Assembly (NCBI GenBank): GCA_902535055.1
Contig: CACASI010000004.1
Location: 34,154 to 98,153, forward strand
Length of the DNA: 64,000 bases
Origin: an uncultured Candidatus Actinomarina sp.
Lineage (GTDB): Bacteria; Actinomycetota; Acidimicrobiia; Actinomarinales; Actinomarinaceae
Reading direction: 5' to 3'
Shown here one piece after another: positions 9,353 through 18,992 of this stretch; within the stretch, counting starts at the first letter, position 1; each line of letters begins with the position of its first letter. A program made the position numbers and the translations under genes. The notes below the pieces were generated by a model. It saw nothing but the letters and a program-made list of their open reading frames with translations, did not search any database and was not told the origin of the DNA.

Positions 9353-10737
9353 AAACAAAAAAAATTACTCCACTTTTTTTTCTTTTTTTAATTGGTATAT
9401 TCTTCGAAAGTCTTGATGCTTTTAGTCTATTTTCAATACCTTTACCTTGGATAGGAATCTCAATTTTTATATTTATTTATATAATTTATTATTTTTTTGG
9501 TTTAGAAATTGAATTTAATCATTTCGATTCTTTGAGAATCTTACTTCTTTATTTTGTCTCTGTTACTTTAATTAGAGCCGTTTCATACAGCCCTGATCTA
9601 CCTGAGTTTGCTAGTTCTACGTTCACTCAATATATTTCACTTAGACTTCTTAAGCTACTTGGATTCATTGCTGTTATTTGGTTTGTCTATACTTTAAGTA
9701 ATTTTTTTGAACGAGATACGATTATAAATTTTATTTCTTTCATCGGGATTTTTGTTTCTGTAATGTCTTTAATATCATATTTTTCATATATATTTGATTT
9801 TCAGGACTTTTCAAGAAATAGACCTGGTTCTGGGGGTTGGTCACAACCAATAAAGAGAGCATGTTCTATCCTAAGAAATTATGGGACTTTCAGAGAGCCA
9901 AGTTTCTTGGCAGTATGGTTGGCACCAATCATTCCTTTAAATTTTTATTTAGCACGAAAACAATCAATTTGGTATGGATTGTCCCTATTACCAATTTTTG
10001 CAATTATTTTATCAAGAAGCTTAACAGGTGTAATTAGCTTGATTCTAGGGATTGTTGCTGCAACTCTTTTATGGACAATAAAAAATAAAAATTTTGATTT
10101 TTTATTTATTATTCCAATCATTTTTATATTATTTTCTAGTTTTATAGGAAATAGTATCGGTTATAAATTTCCAGCCTTAGATCCTTCAATGTGCCCTCCA
10201 GAATCTCCTGATAAATGTAACTGTTCATTATATGACGATGAATTAGATGAAGCTAAAAATTCAGAAAGTGTAACAAAAAGTATATTTGAGAGAATCACTT
10301 TAATCACAAGGGGTGGGTTAGATGGTTTTGAAAATATATCTATATTAAATGAATACATATTTGACGAAAATCTTCAAATATTCGGACAAGGATTAGGTAT
10401 TGCTAATTTAAATTTCTCACCAACTTTTGATGATTTAACAAAGAAAAATGTAAATGGAGAAATTGTTTATAGAAATCCAGGTCAGGTTGTTTCATTTAAT
10501 AATTTATATATAAATCTTTATTTTTCTGCAGGCCTTGTAGGTTTATTATGGTTTCTTATATTCATATCAAACGTTTTGAAAAAACTTTATAAAAGAGGCA
10601 ATGAATATACTTTCTATATCTTTTCTAATTTAATAGTAATCTTGTTAATGTTTTTCTTTCAAGCAGAGGAATTAAGTACGATGCTAGCAATCTCACTAGG
10701 ATTGATGCTTTTAGAATTTAAAAATGAAAAAGTATAA
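9349..10737 (+). CDS. O-antigen polymerase/ligase-like membrane protein (Wzy-type)
   Basis: 462 aa with about 10 or more TM helices and a large extracytoplasmic loop (residues about 270-370, Cys-rich: MCPPESPDKCNCS). It lies in the glycan cluster next to the flippase-like gene. Confidence 0.5.
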   Translation: MKTKKITPLFFLFLIGIFFESLDAFSLFSIPLPWIGISIFIFIYIIYYFFGLEIEFNHFDSLRILLLYFVSVTLIRAVSYSPDLPEFASSTFTQYISLRLLKLLGFIAVIWFVYTLSNFFERDTIINFISFIGIFVSVMSLISYFSYIFDFQDFSRNRPGSGGWSQPIKRACSILRNYGTFREPSFLAVWLAPIIPLNFYLARKQSIWYGLSLLPIFAIILSRSLTGVISLILGIVAATLLWTIKNKNFDFLFIIPIIFILFSSFIGNSIGYKFPALDPSMCPPESPDKCNCSLYDDELDEAKNSESVTKSIFERITLITRGGLDGFENISILNEYIFDENLQIFGQGLGIANLNFSPTFDDLTKKNVNGEIVYRNPGQVVSFNNLYINLYFSAGLVGLLWFLIFISNVLKKLYKRGNEYTFYIFSNLIVILLMFFFQAEELSTMLAISLGLMLLEFKNEKV

Positions 10738-11956
10738 AAAAATCTTAATAGTTACTCATCAATACTTACCACATGTAAGTCCTAGAACAACACGTTGGAA
10801 ATTATTGGTAGAAGAGCTTATCAGTAAAGGACATGAAGTAACTATTTTGACTGGGATGTACCCAGATTTTGATAAAGATAATGTGAAGATGCTTTACTTT
10901 GGAAATAAAAATAATATAAATGTAGTTTCAAATCTTAGAGAAAAATCACAAAAAGTCAGCTCTGAAGAATCCATTAAAAAATTTTTTTATGGAAGTTTGA
11001 AAAAAATATATCGATTTTTCATTAATTATCTTGCTTGGCCTGACTATTCCATGTTTTGGGTTTATCAAATATATAGGAATAGAAACAATATTTCCAAGGA
11101 TTATGACGTAATTATATCTGTAAGTTTGCCTTTTTCTTCACACATTGCAGCTTACCTAATTAATAAAAAGGTTAAAAAACAATGGATTATGGATATTGGT
11201 GATCCGTTCTCTTTAAAAGTTGATGCACCAGAAAATAATAGATTTCTCTATTCAGGTTTAAATAAACGATATGAAAAAAGATTTTACTCTCAGGCAGATA
11301 AAATATTATTTACACACCAAGATGCATTGAGCAATCATAAGAAATTTTTTAATATTCCAAGCAGTAAATTAATTGTTGCAAGCCCTATTAGTAATTTTGA
11401 TAATGATCTTTTCAACAAAACATTGTCATATAATTATTCAACTCGACCAATAAAAATATCTTATTTTGGAATTTTCACTAAGGGTGTGAGGTCGCCAAAT
11501 TCATTCTTAGATCTAGTTAAAAAAAATAATGAATTTGAATTTTCATGGTATGTAAATGAGGATTCTGAAAAAATAATAAAGTCATGTGACATAAGTTCAG
11601 ATAAACATAGTTTTTATTCCCATGTTTCAAGAGAAGATGCACAGCAACTTATGGTAAATTCTGCACATTGTTTACTCTCTATAGGGAATAAAAATCCAAA
11701 TCAAATTCCAAGTAAAGTTATTGAATATTTAGCTACAGGAAAACCAATCATTCACTTCACAGAAATTGATGATGATCCTGTTATTAATTTAAGTTATGAA
11801 TTCCATAACTTAGTGACTATAAATAAAAGTGATGATGAAAAAAAACTTTCTTCATTAATTGAAGAAATATTTAATAAAATTGAAAAATTTGATACAAATA
11901 AATTTATTAATAATTATACAGCTGAATCAATAATTGATCATTTAGATATTCTCTAA
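10724..11956 (+). CDS. Glycosyltransferase (GT-B fold, GT4-like)
   Basis: The N-terminus ILIVTHQYLPHVSPRTTRWKLLVEELISKGHEVTILTG is typical of GT4. The C-terminal PSKVIEYLATGKPIIHF looks like a donor-binding helix. Confidence 0.55.
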   Translation: MKKYKKILIVTHQYLPHVSPRTTRWKLLVEELISKGHEVTILTGMYPDFDKDNVKMLYFGNKNNINVVSNLREKSQKVSSEESIKKFFYGSLKKIYRFFINYLAWPDYSMFWVYQIYRNRNNISKDYDVIISVSLPFSSHIAAYLINKKVKKQWIMDIGDPFSLKVDAPENNRFLYSGLNKRYEKRFYSQADKILFTHQDALSNHKKFFNIPSSKLIVASPISNFDNDLFNKTLSYNYSTRPIKISYFGIFTKGVRSPNSFLDLVKKNNEFEFSWYVNEDSEKIIKSCDISSDKHSFYSHVSREDAQQLMVNSAHCLLSIGNKNPNQIPSKVIEYLATGKPIIHFTEIDDDPVINLSYEFHNLVTINKSDDEKKLSSLIEEIFNKIEKFDTNKFINNYTAESIIDHLDIL

Positions 11957-12904
11957 AACTATTTTCCAGTTCTCTGAATAATTTAATGTATCTATTGTTT
12001 CGATACTTGAAGATATGGCCTCATCAATTTTTTTTAGTGCATCATCAGGATCATTCATATTATATAAGAATATACTCTCTGGACTGAAGTATTGGGTATA
12101 TGAGCTAAGGGGAGCAACCACTTTTAAACCAAGGTTCTGTGCTTCATAAAGTGGCAAGCCCACAGTTTCATGCTCGCTTGCATGAAAATAAATCTCACTA
12201 TCTGATAATACTTTTAAAGTCTCATCGTGAGTCTCTGTATTCGCAATGTTAAAACTCTCTGCATCTTTTGGTGGGTTAATGACTGTAATCTTTTCCTTAT
12301 CTGGCAATTTACTCAATACATTCTTCATAAAATTGTAATTCTTATTTGCAACATCACTACCAAAGAAAACTATGTTTCCACTTTTATTTGATATTTCGAC
12401 TTGTGAAGTTTTTGTTTCACCGATTTGTATAATTTTTGAATGAAATTTTATATCTATGTCTTCTTTCAGATGATCGAGTTGGATAAGTATAAAGCTTGAG
12501 AACTTCATGCTTCTGTTCATCAGTGCTTTAAGAATCATGTGTCTCGTACCTTTTTGGACGAGAGGAAGAATATTTTGAATAAGAACAAATGATTTTTTTA
12601 GTGTTTTGAACCCAAAATTGCCAAAATGAATAATTGCATCCGAATTATTGATTTCCTTAAGAATTGCTTTAGGCAAAAAATAATTTAAAAATGGATGAAG
12701 GTACCTTTTATTTGTTGTTTTGTAAAACGTAATCTTTTGATCTTCATAAAATTGATTGTTTAAATCCTTATAAAACTCTATCTCTGAATATAAAACGAAG
12801 ATTTTTGAATCAGTCTTTGAAAAAAAGTCAAAAGATTCAAGGAAGAGTTTTAATCCACCAAGAGATTTTACACCGCAGGCATTTAATACTATTTTTTTCA
12901 CCAA
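11942..12904 (-). CDS. Glycosyltransferase (GT1/GT4 family)
   Basis: 320 aa. The C-terminal motif SEHETVGLPLYEAQNLGLKVVAP matches the E(x7)E region of GT4 enzymes. Confidence 0.65.
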   Translation of the reverse strand: MVKKIVLNACGVKSLGGLKLFLESFDFFSKTDSKIFVLYSEIEFYKDLNNQFYEDQKITFYKTTNKRYLHPFLNYFLPKAILKEINNSDAIIHFGNFGFKTLKKSFVLIQNILPLVQKGTRHMILKALMNRSMKFSSFILIQLDHLKEDIDIKFHSKIIQIGETKTSQVEISNKSGNIVFFGSDVANKNYNFMKNVLSKLPDKEKITVINPPKDAESFNIANTETHDETLKVLSDSEIYFHASEHETVGLPLYEAQNLGLKVVAPLSSYTQYFSPESIFLYNMNDPDDALKKIDEAISSSIETIDTLNYSENWKIVLENI

Positions 12905-12957
12905 TTCAATAATAGTTGTTCATTAAGCATTAATACTATGACTAAAATCATAAAGTA

Positions 12958-14037
12958 GTGATAAAAAATTATGACGCAGTATTAGTTGTTGGCACAAGAC
13001 CAAATTTCATTAAAGCTGCACCTTTACTTGAATTTTTTGAAAAAAATGATGTAAAAACGTTATTTATTCACACAGGACAGCATAAAGACAAAAATATGTC
13101 ATCAAATATTTTTGAAGATTTAAATATTAGAAAACCAGACATCTTTCTTGATACACCAACAACAAACATCAATAAACAAACGACATACATTGTAGATAAA
13201 CTAGATACATTATTTGATACCAATAAATCAAAATATGTTGGTGTATTTGGAGATGTAACATCAACTCTTGCAGCAGCTATGTCTACCAAAAATAAAAAAA
13301 TGGAATTATTTCATGTAGAAGCTGGTTTAAGATCACGAAATATGGATATGCCAGAAGAAAGAAACAGAATTATGGTCGATTCTATAAGCGATTATTTATT
13401 TGCACCTTCAGATGGTGCAGTAGAAAATCTTAATTCGGAAAATTTGCAAGCAAAATATATAGGTAATGTTGGAAATATAATGATAGATACGCTCGAAAAA
13501 AACCTTGAGCAGATAATTGATACAACAATCACGATTAAAAAGAAATTAAATATCGACACTCAGTATTTTGTAGTAACAATTCATAGGCCATCTAATTTAT
13601 CAGATGAGAACCTAGAAAATATATTTAATGGACTAAAAACATTCAGTAAAGAATACACAATTATTTTGCCAGCTCATCCTAGGTTAAAGAAATATATTTC
13701 GAAAAATAATGTTAAACATGAAAACATATTGATTATTGATCCATTATCTTATATTGACTTTCTTGGCTTGGTAAATGGCTCGGAACTAGTTCTTACTGAT
13801 TCTGGAGGCCTTCAAGAAGAGACAACTCATTTAAATGTAAAGTGTTTAACTATTAGAAACGAAACTGAAAGACCAATTACTGTATCTGAAGGAACAAATA
13901 AAGTAATTGGAGTTGATACAGAAATAATAATTTCTGAAATAAACAACGCTATTGAGAGTAAACTTTCAGTTGGTAAGAAAATAAAATTTTGGGATGGAGA
14001 AACATCCTTAAGAATTTATAAAGAATTATTTGAATAA
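12958..14037 (+). CDS. wecB: UDP-N-acetylglucosamine 2-epimerase (non-hydrolysing)
   Basis: Motifs: VGTRPNFIKAAPL, HTGQH, FGDVTSTLAAA, HVEAGLRSRNMDMPEERNR, HRPSN, DSGGLQEE. GTG start. Confidence 0.9.
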   Translation: MIKNYDAVLVVGTRPNFIKAAPLLEFFEKNDVKTLFIHTGQHKDKNMSSNIFEDLNIRKPDIFLDTPTTNINKQTTYIVDKLDTLFDTNKSKYVGVFGDVTSTLAAAMSTKNKKMELFHVEAGLRSRNMDMPEERNRIMVDSISDYLFAPSDGAVENLNSENLQAKYIGNVGNIMIDTLEKNLEQIIDTTITIKKKLNIDTQYFVVTIHRPSNLSDENLENIFNGLKTFSKEYTIILPAHPRLKKYISKNNVKHENILIIDPLSYIDFLGLVNGSELVLTDSGGLQEETTHLNVKCLTIRNETERPITVSEGTNKVIGVDTEIIISEINNAIESKLSVGKKIKFWDGETSLRIYKELFE

Positions 14038-14038
14038 T

Positions 14039-15301
14039 ATGAGTGAATTTAAATACGATTTAGGAATATTAGGCTTAGGGTACGTTGGACTTCCATTGGC
14101 TATATATTCGATTGAGGGTGGATTAAAAGTTTTTGGATATGATATAAACTCTGAAAAAGTCTCGAAACTTAATAATGGTCAATCACCAATTGAGGATATT
14201 AGTGATGAGATTCTTAAAAAATCATTAAAATCTAATCTTACATTTTCAGATGATTCATCAAAATTGGTGGAATGTGAACATATTGTGATAAGCGTTCCAA
14301 CACCCTTGACCGATTTCAAGCCAGATCTAAGTTATGTTATAAGTGCAGCAAAAGAAATTGCAAAAAATATTGTAAAAGGGCAAGTAATAATCTTAGAGTC
14401 AACCACTTATCCGGGAACAACTACAGAAGTACTCATTCCAGAAATTGAAAAAACCACAGATCTTATAGTCGGTGAAGACATATTTGTTGGATATTCTCCA
14501 GAAAGAATTGATCCAGGAAACAAAGAATGGAATTTTAAAAACACTCCAAAAGTAATAAGTGGTATAAATGAAAAATCACTTAATAAGATTAAATCATTTT
14601 ACGAACAAATAATTGAAGTCGTAGTGGTTACCTCTGGTACGAAAGAAGCTGAAATGGTAAAACTACTTGAGAACACTTATAGACAGGTCAATATTGCATT
14701 AATAAATGAGCTAGCAATTCTGTGCAATATGTTAGATATTGATATTTGGGAAGTTGTCGATGCTGCAAAAACGAAACCATTTGGTTTTGAATCATTCAGA
14801 CCTGGACCCGGTGTAGGAGGTCATTGTATACCTATTGATCCGAAATATCTTTCATTTAAAACAAGACAAATTGGTAAACCAGTAAGGTTTGTAGAGCTTG
14901 CGCAAGAAATAAACAACTCAATGCCTTCATATGTCGTTAATAGAATTATCGAAAGAATGAATATTTTAGGAAAACCAATGAAGGGTTCGAAAATTTTAAT
15001 ACTAGGAGTTGCATATAAGAAAGATATAAGCGACACACGAGAATCTCCGGCCATAGATGTAATTGAAAACTTTCTTGCAAAAGGAGTAGATATAGCATTT
15101 TATGATCCATTTGTTGATAATTTAAAAGTCAATAATTTAGAAATAAAAAAAGAAATAAATTTAAAAAATTTTGATGATTACGATATGCATTTGCTGCACA
15201 CACCTCATTCTGAATTTGTAAAATTAAATTTATCACAATACAACGTTCCAATATTTGATGCAACAGGCAGTGATTTTATTGATGATGCAGAAAGAATCTA
15301 A
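14039..15301 (+). CDS. Nucleotide-sugar 6-dehydrogenase (UDP-ManNAc/UDP-GlcNAc dehydrogenase type, WecC/WbpA-like)
   Basis: It has the NAD motif LGLGYVGLPLA and the catalytic Cys region GPGVGGHCIPIDPKYL. It directly follows wecB. ATG 14039 sits just after the wecB stop and is preferred over TTG 14030. Confidence 0.85.
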   Translation: MSEFKYDLGILGLGYVGLPLAIYSIEGGLKVFGYDINSEKVSKLNNGQSPIEDISDEILKKSLKSNLTFSDDSSKLVECEHIVISVPTPLTDFKPDLSYVISAAKEIAKNIVKGQVIILESTTYPGTTTEVLIPEIEKTTDLIVGEDIFVGYSPERIDPGNKEWNFKNTPKVISGINEKSLNKIKSFYEQIIEVVVVTSGTKEAEMVKLLENTYRQVNIALINELAILCNMLDIDIWEVVDAAKTKPFGFESFRPGPGVGGHCIPIDPKYLSFKTRQIGKPVRFVELAQEINNSMPSYVVNRIIERMNILGKPMKGSKILILGVAYKKDISDTRESPAIDVIENFLAKGVDIAFYDPFVDNLKVNNLEIKKEINLKNFDDYDMHLLHTPHSEFVKLNLSQYNVPIFDATGSDFIDDAERI

Positions 15302-17750
15302 TTTAAAACCTAATTTCGACAATCTACCAAAAACTATTAATACATTAGGCATTGAGTTAGGCAATGTGATAAAACAGCAAGCAGGAACAAAGAATTTTAA
15401 TTTAGTCGAAGAAATAAGAATTAATTCAAAAAAATATAGAACTTCAAAAAATTATAAATATCTTGATTTAATTTATAAAAAATTAGAAAAACTAAATGAG
15501 AATGAAATCTTGATACTTACCAAATCTTTTACCTTATTTTTTTATCTTTCAAATATTTCAGAACAAGTATTTAGAGAAAAATTTAAATACACTATTGATA
15601 AAAAAGATATTAAGAACAATAAGAACAATCTTTTGTTCTCCCCAGTTTTTACCGCTCACCCGACGGAAAGTGCAAGACAATCAACATTAAAAAAACTTTA
15701 CGAAATTGGAAAAATAATTTCAGAAAATAATTCTGATAATCTTGTTGAAATAAACAATTTGATTACCCAACTATGGTACACGCGAGAAATAAGGTCTATT
15801 AAACCGAATCCAATTGATGAAGTAAAAACACTACTTTATTATCTAAATATTTTGTATACAGATGTACATAATGAAATAAATAAAACATTTTATGAAAATA
15901 ATATTAATCAAAAAAATATTGTTAGATTTGGAACTTGGATTGGTGGAGATAGGGATGGTAATCCCTATGTAACTTTAAAAGTCACTGAGGAAGCTTTAAG
16001 GATTTATTCAAACCAAATAATTCAGATTTATAAAGATAAAATTATCGAATTATCAGAAAGTTTTAGTATTTCCACTTTATACGCAGACAGTCCAAAAAAA
16101 TTAATTTCAAAAATCGAGGAGTATTCTAAAATTTTAAATAATGAGTATCGTCATTATACGCAGATAAATTTTGATGAGCCTTTTAGAATCTTTCTTTCGT
16201 TAGTCTTTCATCGTCTTGATAATTTTCAAAAAAACAAGAAAGGTTATACCTCATTCGTTGAATTTCAAAATGATCTAAATTTATTTGAGCAAGAAGTTAG
16301 TAGATGTTTTAATGAAAGTTCATTTTCACCTAACTTACGTCAGTTTATTGAATATGTAGATCAATTTAAATTTCATGGTGTTGAGATGGATATTAGAGAA
16401 AATGCAAATGTTCTGAACTATAAAACCAAATACGCAAAGGAATATGAGGAATTTTTAAGTCTTCTTAAAAGAATTCCAGAATGGAAAATTCTTTATGGAG
16501 ATACAGTCATAAATTCTATTATTTTATCTATGACAAAAAACGAAAATGATATTTTAAATTTATTCTCTCTGAGTAGAAAATATATTAAAAATTTCAAAGA
16601 TATTCCTATGTTAGTGCCTTTATTTGAGGAGATAGAAGATCTTGAAAAATCTCATGATATTATTTCTAGACTATTGAGCAATAAAGATTATCTAAAGCAT
16701 CTTAATCATTTAGATTCTAAGCAAGAAATTATGCTTGGTTATTCAGATTCTAATAAAGATGGTGGAATCGTAACCTCACAATGGTCTGTGTATAAATCTC
16801 AGATTGCATTGTTTAAAACGGGCAAAGAAAATAATATTGAAATCTCTTTTTTTCATGGCAGGGGAGGAACAATAAGTAGAGGTGGCGGACCTACTTATAA
16901 TTCTATATTGTCTCAACCGAAGGGAACAATTTCAAACAGCTTAAGATATACGGAACAAGGTGAAGTAATTTCTGATAAGTATTCAACATCTAACTTAGCA
17001 ATTGAGAATTTGAAATTAGGGCTATTTGCGTTCTTAAAAGCTAAAACAACCAAAGATAAAAAATACAAAGAAGAAACTAATTTCATGAATGAATTTTCAA
17101 GACTTTCCTCAAAAAAGTACAAAACCTTAATTGATGACGATAATTTAATAAAATATTTTGAAAGTGCAACCCCGGTAAATCTATTATCAATTTTAAATAT
17201 TGGTTCCAGGCCCTCTAAAAGGTCAAAAACAAGTTCTGTAAAAAATTACAGAGCAATTCCCTGGGTTTTTGGATGGGCTCAAACAAGGCAGACTGTAACT
17301 GGCTGGTACGGATCTGGTACAGCACTAGAAAGCTTAATAAAGACCCACGGAATCAAGCATGTAAGGAGTATCTATAAATCATCTTCATTTTTTCAAAATT
17401 TATTGAGCAATATTGAAATGACTTTAGCAAAAACAGACTTGATAATAACTAAATTTTATATTGATCGATTAGTTGATGATGAGTATTTGTACATTTATGA
17501 AAATATTGTCGAAGAATCTGAAAAGGTTCAAAAATCAGTTTTAAAAATTACTCAATCAAAAGAATTACTGGATTCAAATAAAATTTTAAAAAACACTCTT
17601 GCAATTAGAGATACTTATCTCGATCCTTTATCTTTGATACAAGTATTTCTTATGCAAAAATTACAAAATAGTAAATTAAGTGATTACGAGAAAACTTCTT
17701 TGCTTCTCTCTATAAATGGTTTAGCTGCAGGCCTAAGGAACACTGGGTGA
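15282..17750 (+). CDS. ppc: Phosphoenolpyruvate carboxylase
   Basis: Motifs: VFTAHPTE, GYSDSNKDGG, FHGRGGTISRGGGP, C-terminal GLRNTG. The start is uncertain (ATG 15258, 15282 or 15285; the ORF track uses TTG 15255). Confidence 0.95.
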   Translation: MMQKESNLKPNFDNLPKTINTLGIELGNVIKQQAGTKNFNLVEEIRINSKKYRTSKNYKYLDLIYKKLEKLNENEILILTKSFTLFFYLSNISEQVFREKFKYTIDKKDIKNNKNNLLFSPVFTAHPTESARQSTLKKLYEIGKIISENNSDNLVEINNLITQLWYTREIRSIKPNPIDEVKTLLYYLNILYTDVHNEINKTFYENNINQKNIVRFGTWIGGDRDGNPYVTLKVTEEALRIYSNQIIQIYKDKIIELSESFSISTLYADSPKKLISKIEEYSKILNNEYRHYTQINFDEPFRIFLSLVFHRLDNFQKNKKGYTSFVEFQNDLNLFEQEVSRCFNESSFSPNLRQFIEYVDQFKFHGVEMDIRENANVLNYKTKYAKEYEEFLSLLKRIPEWKILYGDTVINSIILSMTKNENDILNLFSLSRKYIKNFKDIPMLVPLFEEIEDLEKSHDIISRLLSNKDYLKHLNHLDSKQEIMLGYSDSNKDGGIVTSQWSVYKSQIALFKTGKENNIEISFFHGRGGTISRGGGPTYNSILSQPKGTISNSLRYTEQGEVISDKYSTSNLAIENLKLGLFAFLKAKTTKDKKYKEETNFMNEFSRLSSKKYKTLIDDDNLIKYFESATPVNLLSILNIGSRPSKRSKTSSVKNYRAIPWVFGWAQTRQTVTGWYGSGTALESLIKTHGIKHVRSIYKSSSFFQNLLSNIEMTLAKTDLIITKFYIDRLVDDEYLYIYENIVEESEKVQKSVLKITQSKELLDSNKILKNTLAIRDTYLDPLSLIQVFLMQKLQNSKLSDYEKTSLLLSINGLAAGLRNTG

Positions 17751-18881
17751 AAGGTCTCGTAGTTCAAAATGCATTTCATCTGGAGAAGTCCAAGTTCCAC
17801 CCCATGCAAATCCCCATTCGTTAAAAATTTCAACAACTCTTGGGTGATATCCTGATTTAACATTTATATCTATAGCAATTCCCCATGCATGCCTTGAAAT
17901 AGATCCTCCTGCATTGAACCTATTTATTCGCCTTGGTGCGTAGCAACCTCCTGATTTCTGAAATTCTTCTTTATATAAAGTATTTTCTAATCCTTCATCA
18001 ATGACTTGATTAAGGGCACCTAAAAGTGGTTTCCACATAATTTTATTACATGTGGCTCTACCGATTATCGGCATTTCCTTTCTTTCGATATTTTCGTTTC
18101 GCCAAGTTGGCTCAACAATTATCCAAGTGCCGTCTTTTTCCTTTATTTGAAAATCTCCAAAATAATTTTTAACTAATGCGGTTGGTAGAACCCAATTTTT
18201 ATTTGGTTTAGAATCTCTAAATGTAACTCTAAGTTGTTTGTGTTTTATATTTCTATAGAGTTCAACAAAATGATTCTCAGTTATTTTACTATCCCAAATG
18301 ATTGCTTGTATATTTCGATTAATACCTAATTCGTATCCAACATCTTTACTTACAAGAGCCTCAAACCAACCAATTTCAGAATCAGGTATTATTTCACCAA
18401 CCTCTACTTCAGTTATAATTTCATTCATTCCAACTAAAACTAGTTTGTCTCCGACGCTTATAGAGTATTGTTCTGCTGTTAACTTTGAGATTATTATTTT
18501 GTTGTCTTTTATTAATTTCGTAATTTCATCGGTATAAAATAAATCTGCATATTTACTTTCAATAGATTTTACCGAAAGACTGTACAAGTAATCCGGATTT
18601 GTACTTAAAGTTTCCGCATTGTTTATGTCAATGATCTTTTCAAGCCCAACATTTGCTCGACCTATAAATGTAACCTTACTATCTAAGTTTTTAACAGATT
18701 CTAGAATTTGATTAATGACGCTGTAATATAAAACTCCTGGTTGAGAAATAGTTATAACGTCATAATTTTCAATTCCGTTAAATAATTTTTTATTTTCTAG
18801 CTCATTTTCTCCATCATGACCAAATGCAGGTGGTTGTAACACTATAAAGAAAGCAATAAAAAAAAGGCCCAACTTTTTCAC
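17733..18881 (-). CDS. Secreted LAS/M15-family zinc peptidase (VanY/DD-carboxypeptidase-like C-terminal domain) with an uncharacterised N-terminal domain
   Basis: N-terminal signal peptide MKKLGLFFIAFFIVLQPPAFG. C-terminal SRHAWGIAIDIN (SxHxxGxAxD) and DEMHFE metal-ligand motifs. The first 250 aa or so match nothing I recognise. Confidence 0.7.
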   Translation of the reverse strand: MKKLGLFFIAFFIVLQPPAFGHDGENELENKKLFNGIENYDVITISQPGVLYYSVINQILESVKNLDSKVTFIGRANVGLEKIIDINNAETLSTNPDYLYSLSVKSIESKYADLFYTDEITKLIKDNKIIISKLTAEQYSISVGDKLVLVGMNEIITEVEVGEIIPDSEIGWFEALVSKDVGYELGINRNIQAIIWDSKITENHFVELYRNIKHKQLRVTFRDSKPNKNWVLPTALVKNYFGDFQIKEKDGTWIIVEPTWRNENIERKEMPIIGRATCNKIMWKPLLGALNQVIDEGLENTLYKEEFQKSGGCYAPRRINRFNAGGSISRHAWGIAIDINVKSGYHPRVVEIFNEWGFAWGGTWTSPDEMHFELRDLSPSVP

Positions 18882-18992
18882 TAGTTAATTATAAGTTATT
18901 AAATAAGAAATTATTAACAAACTTTTAATCTTAAAAATACAAGTAAATCAACAAAATGTTTAATATTCAATAATGCAAAATAAGGATAATTT

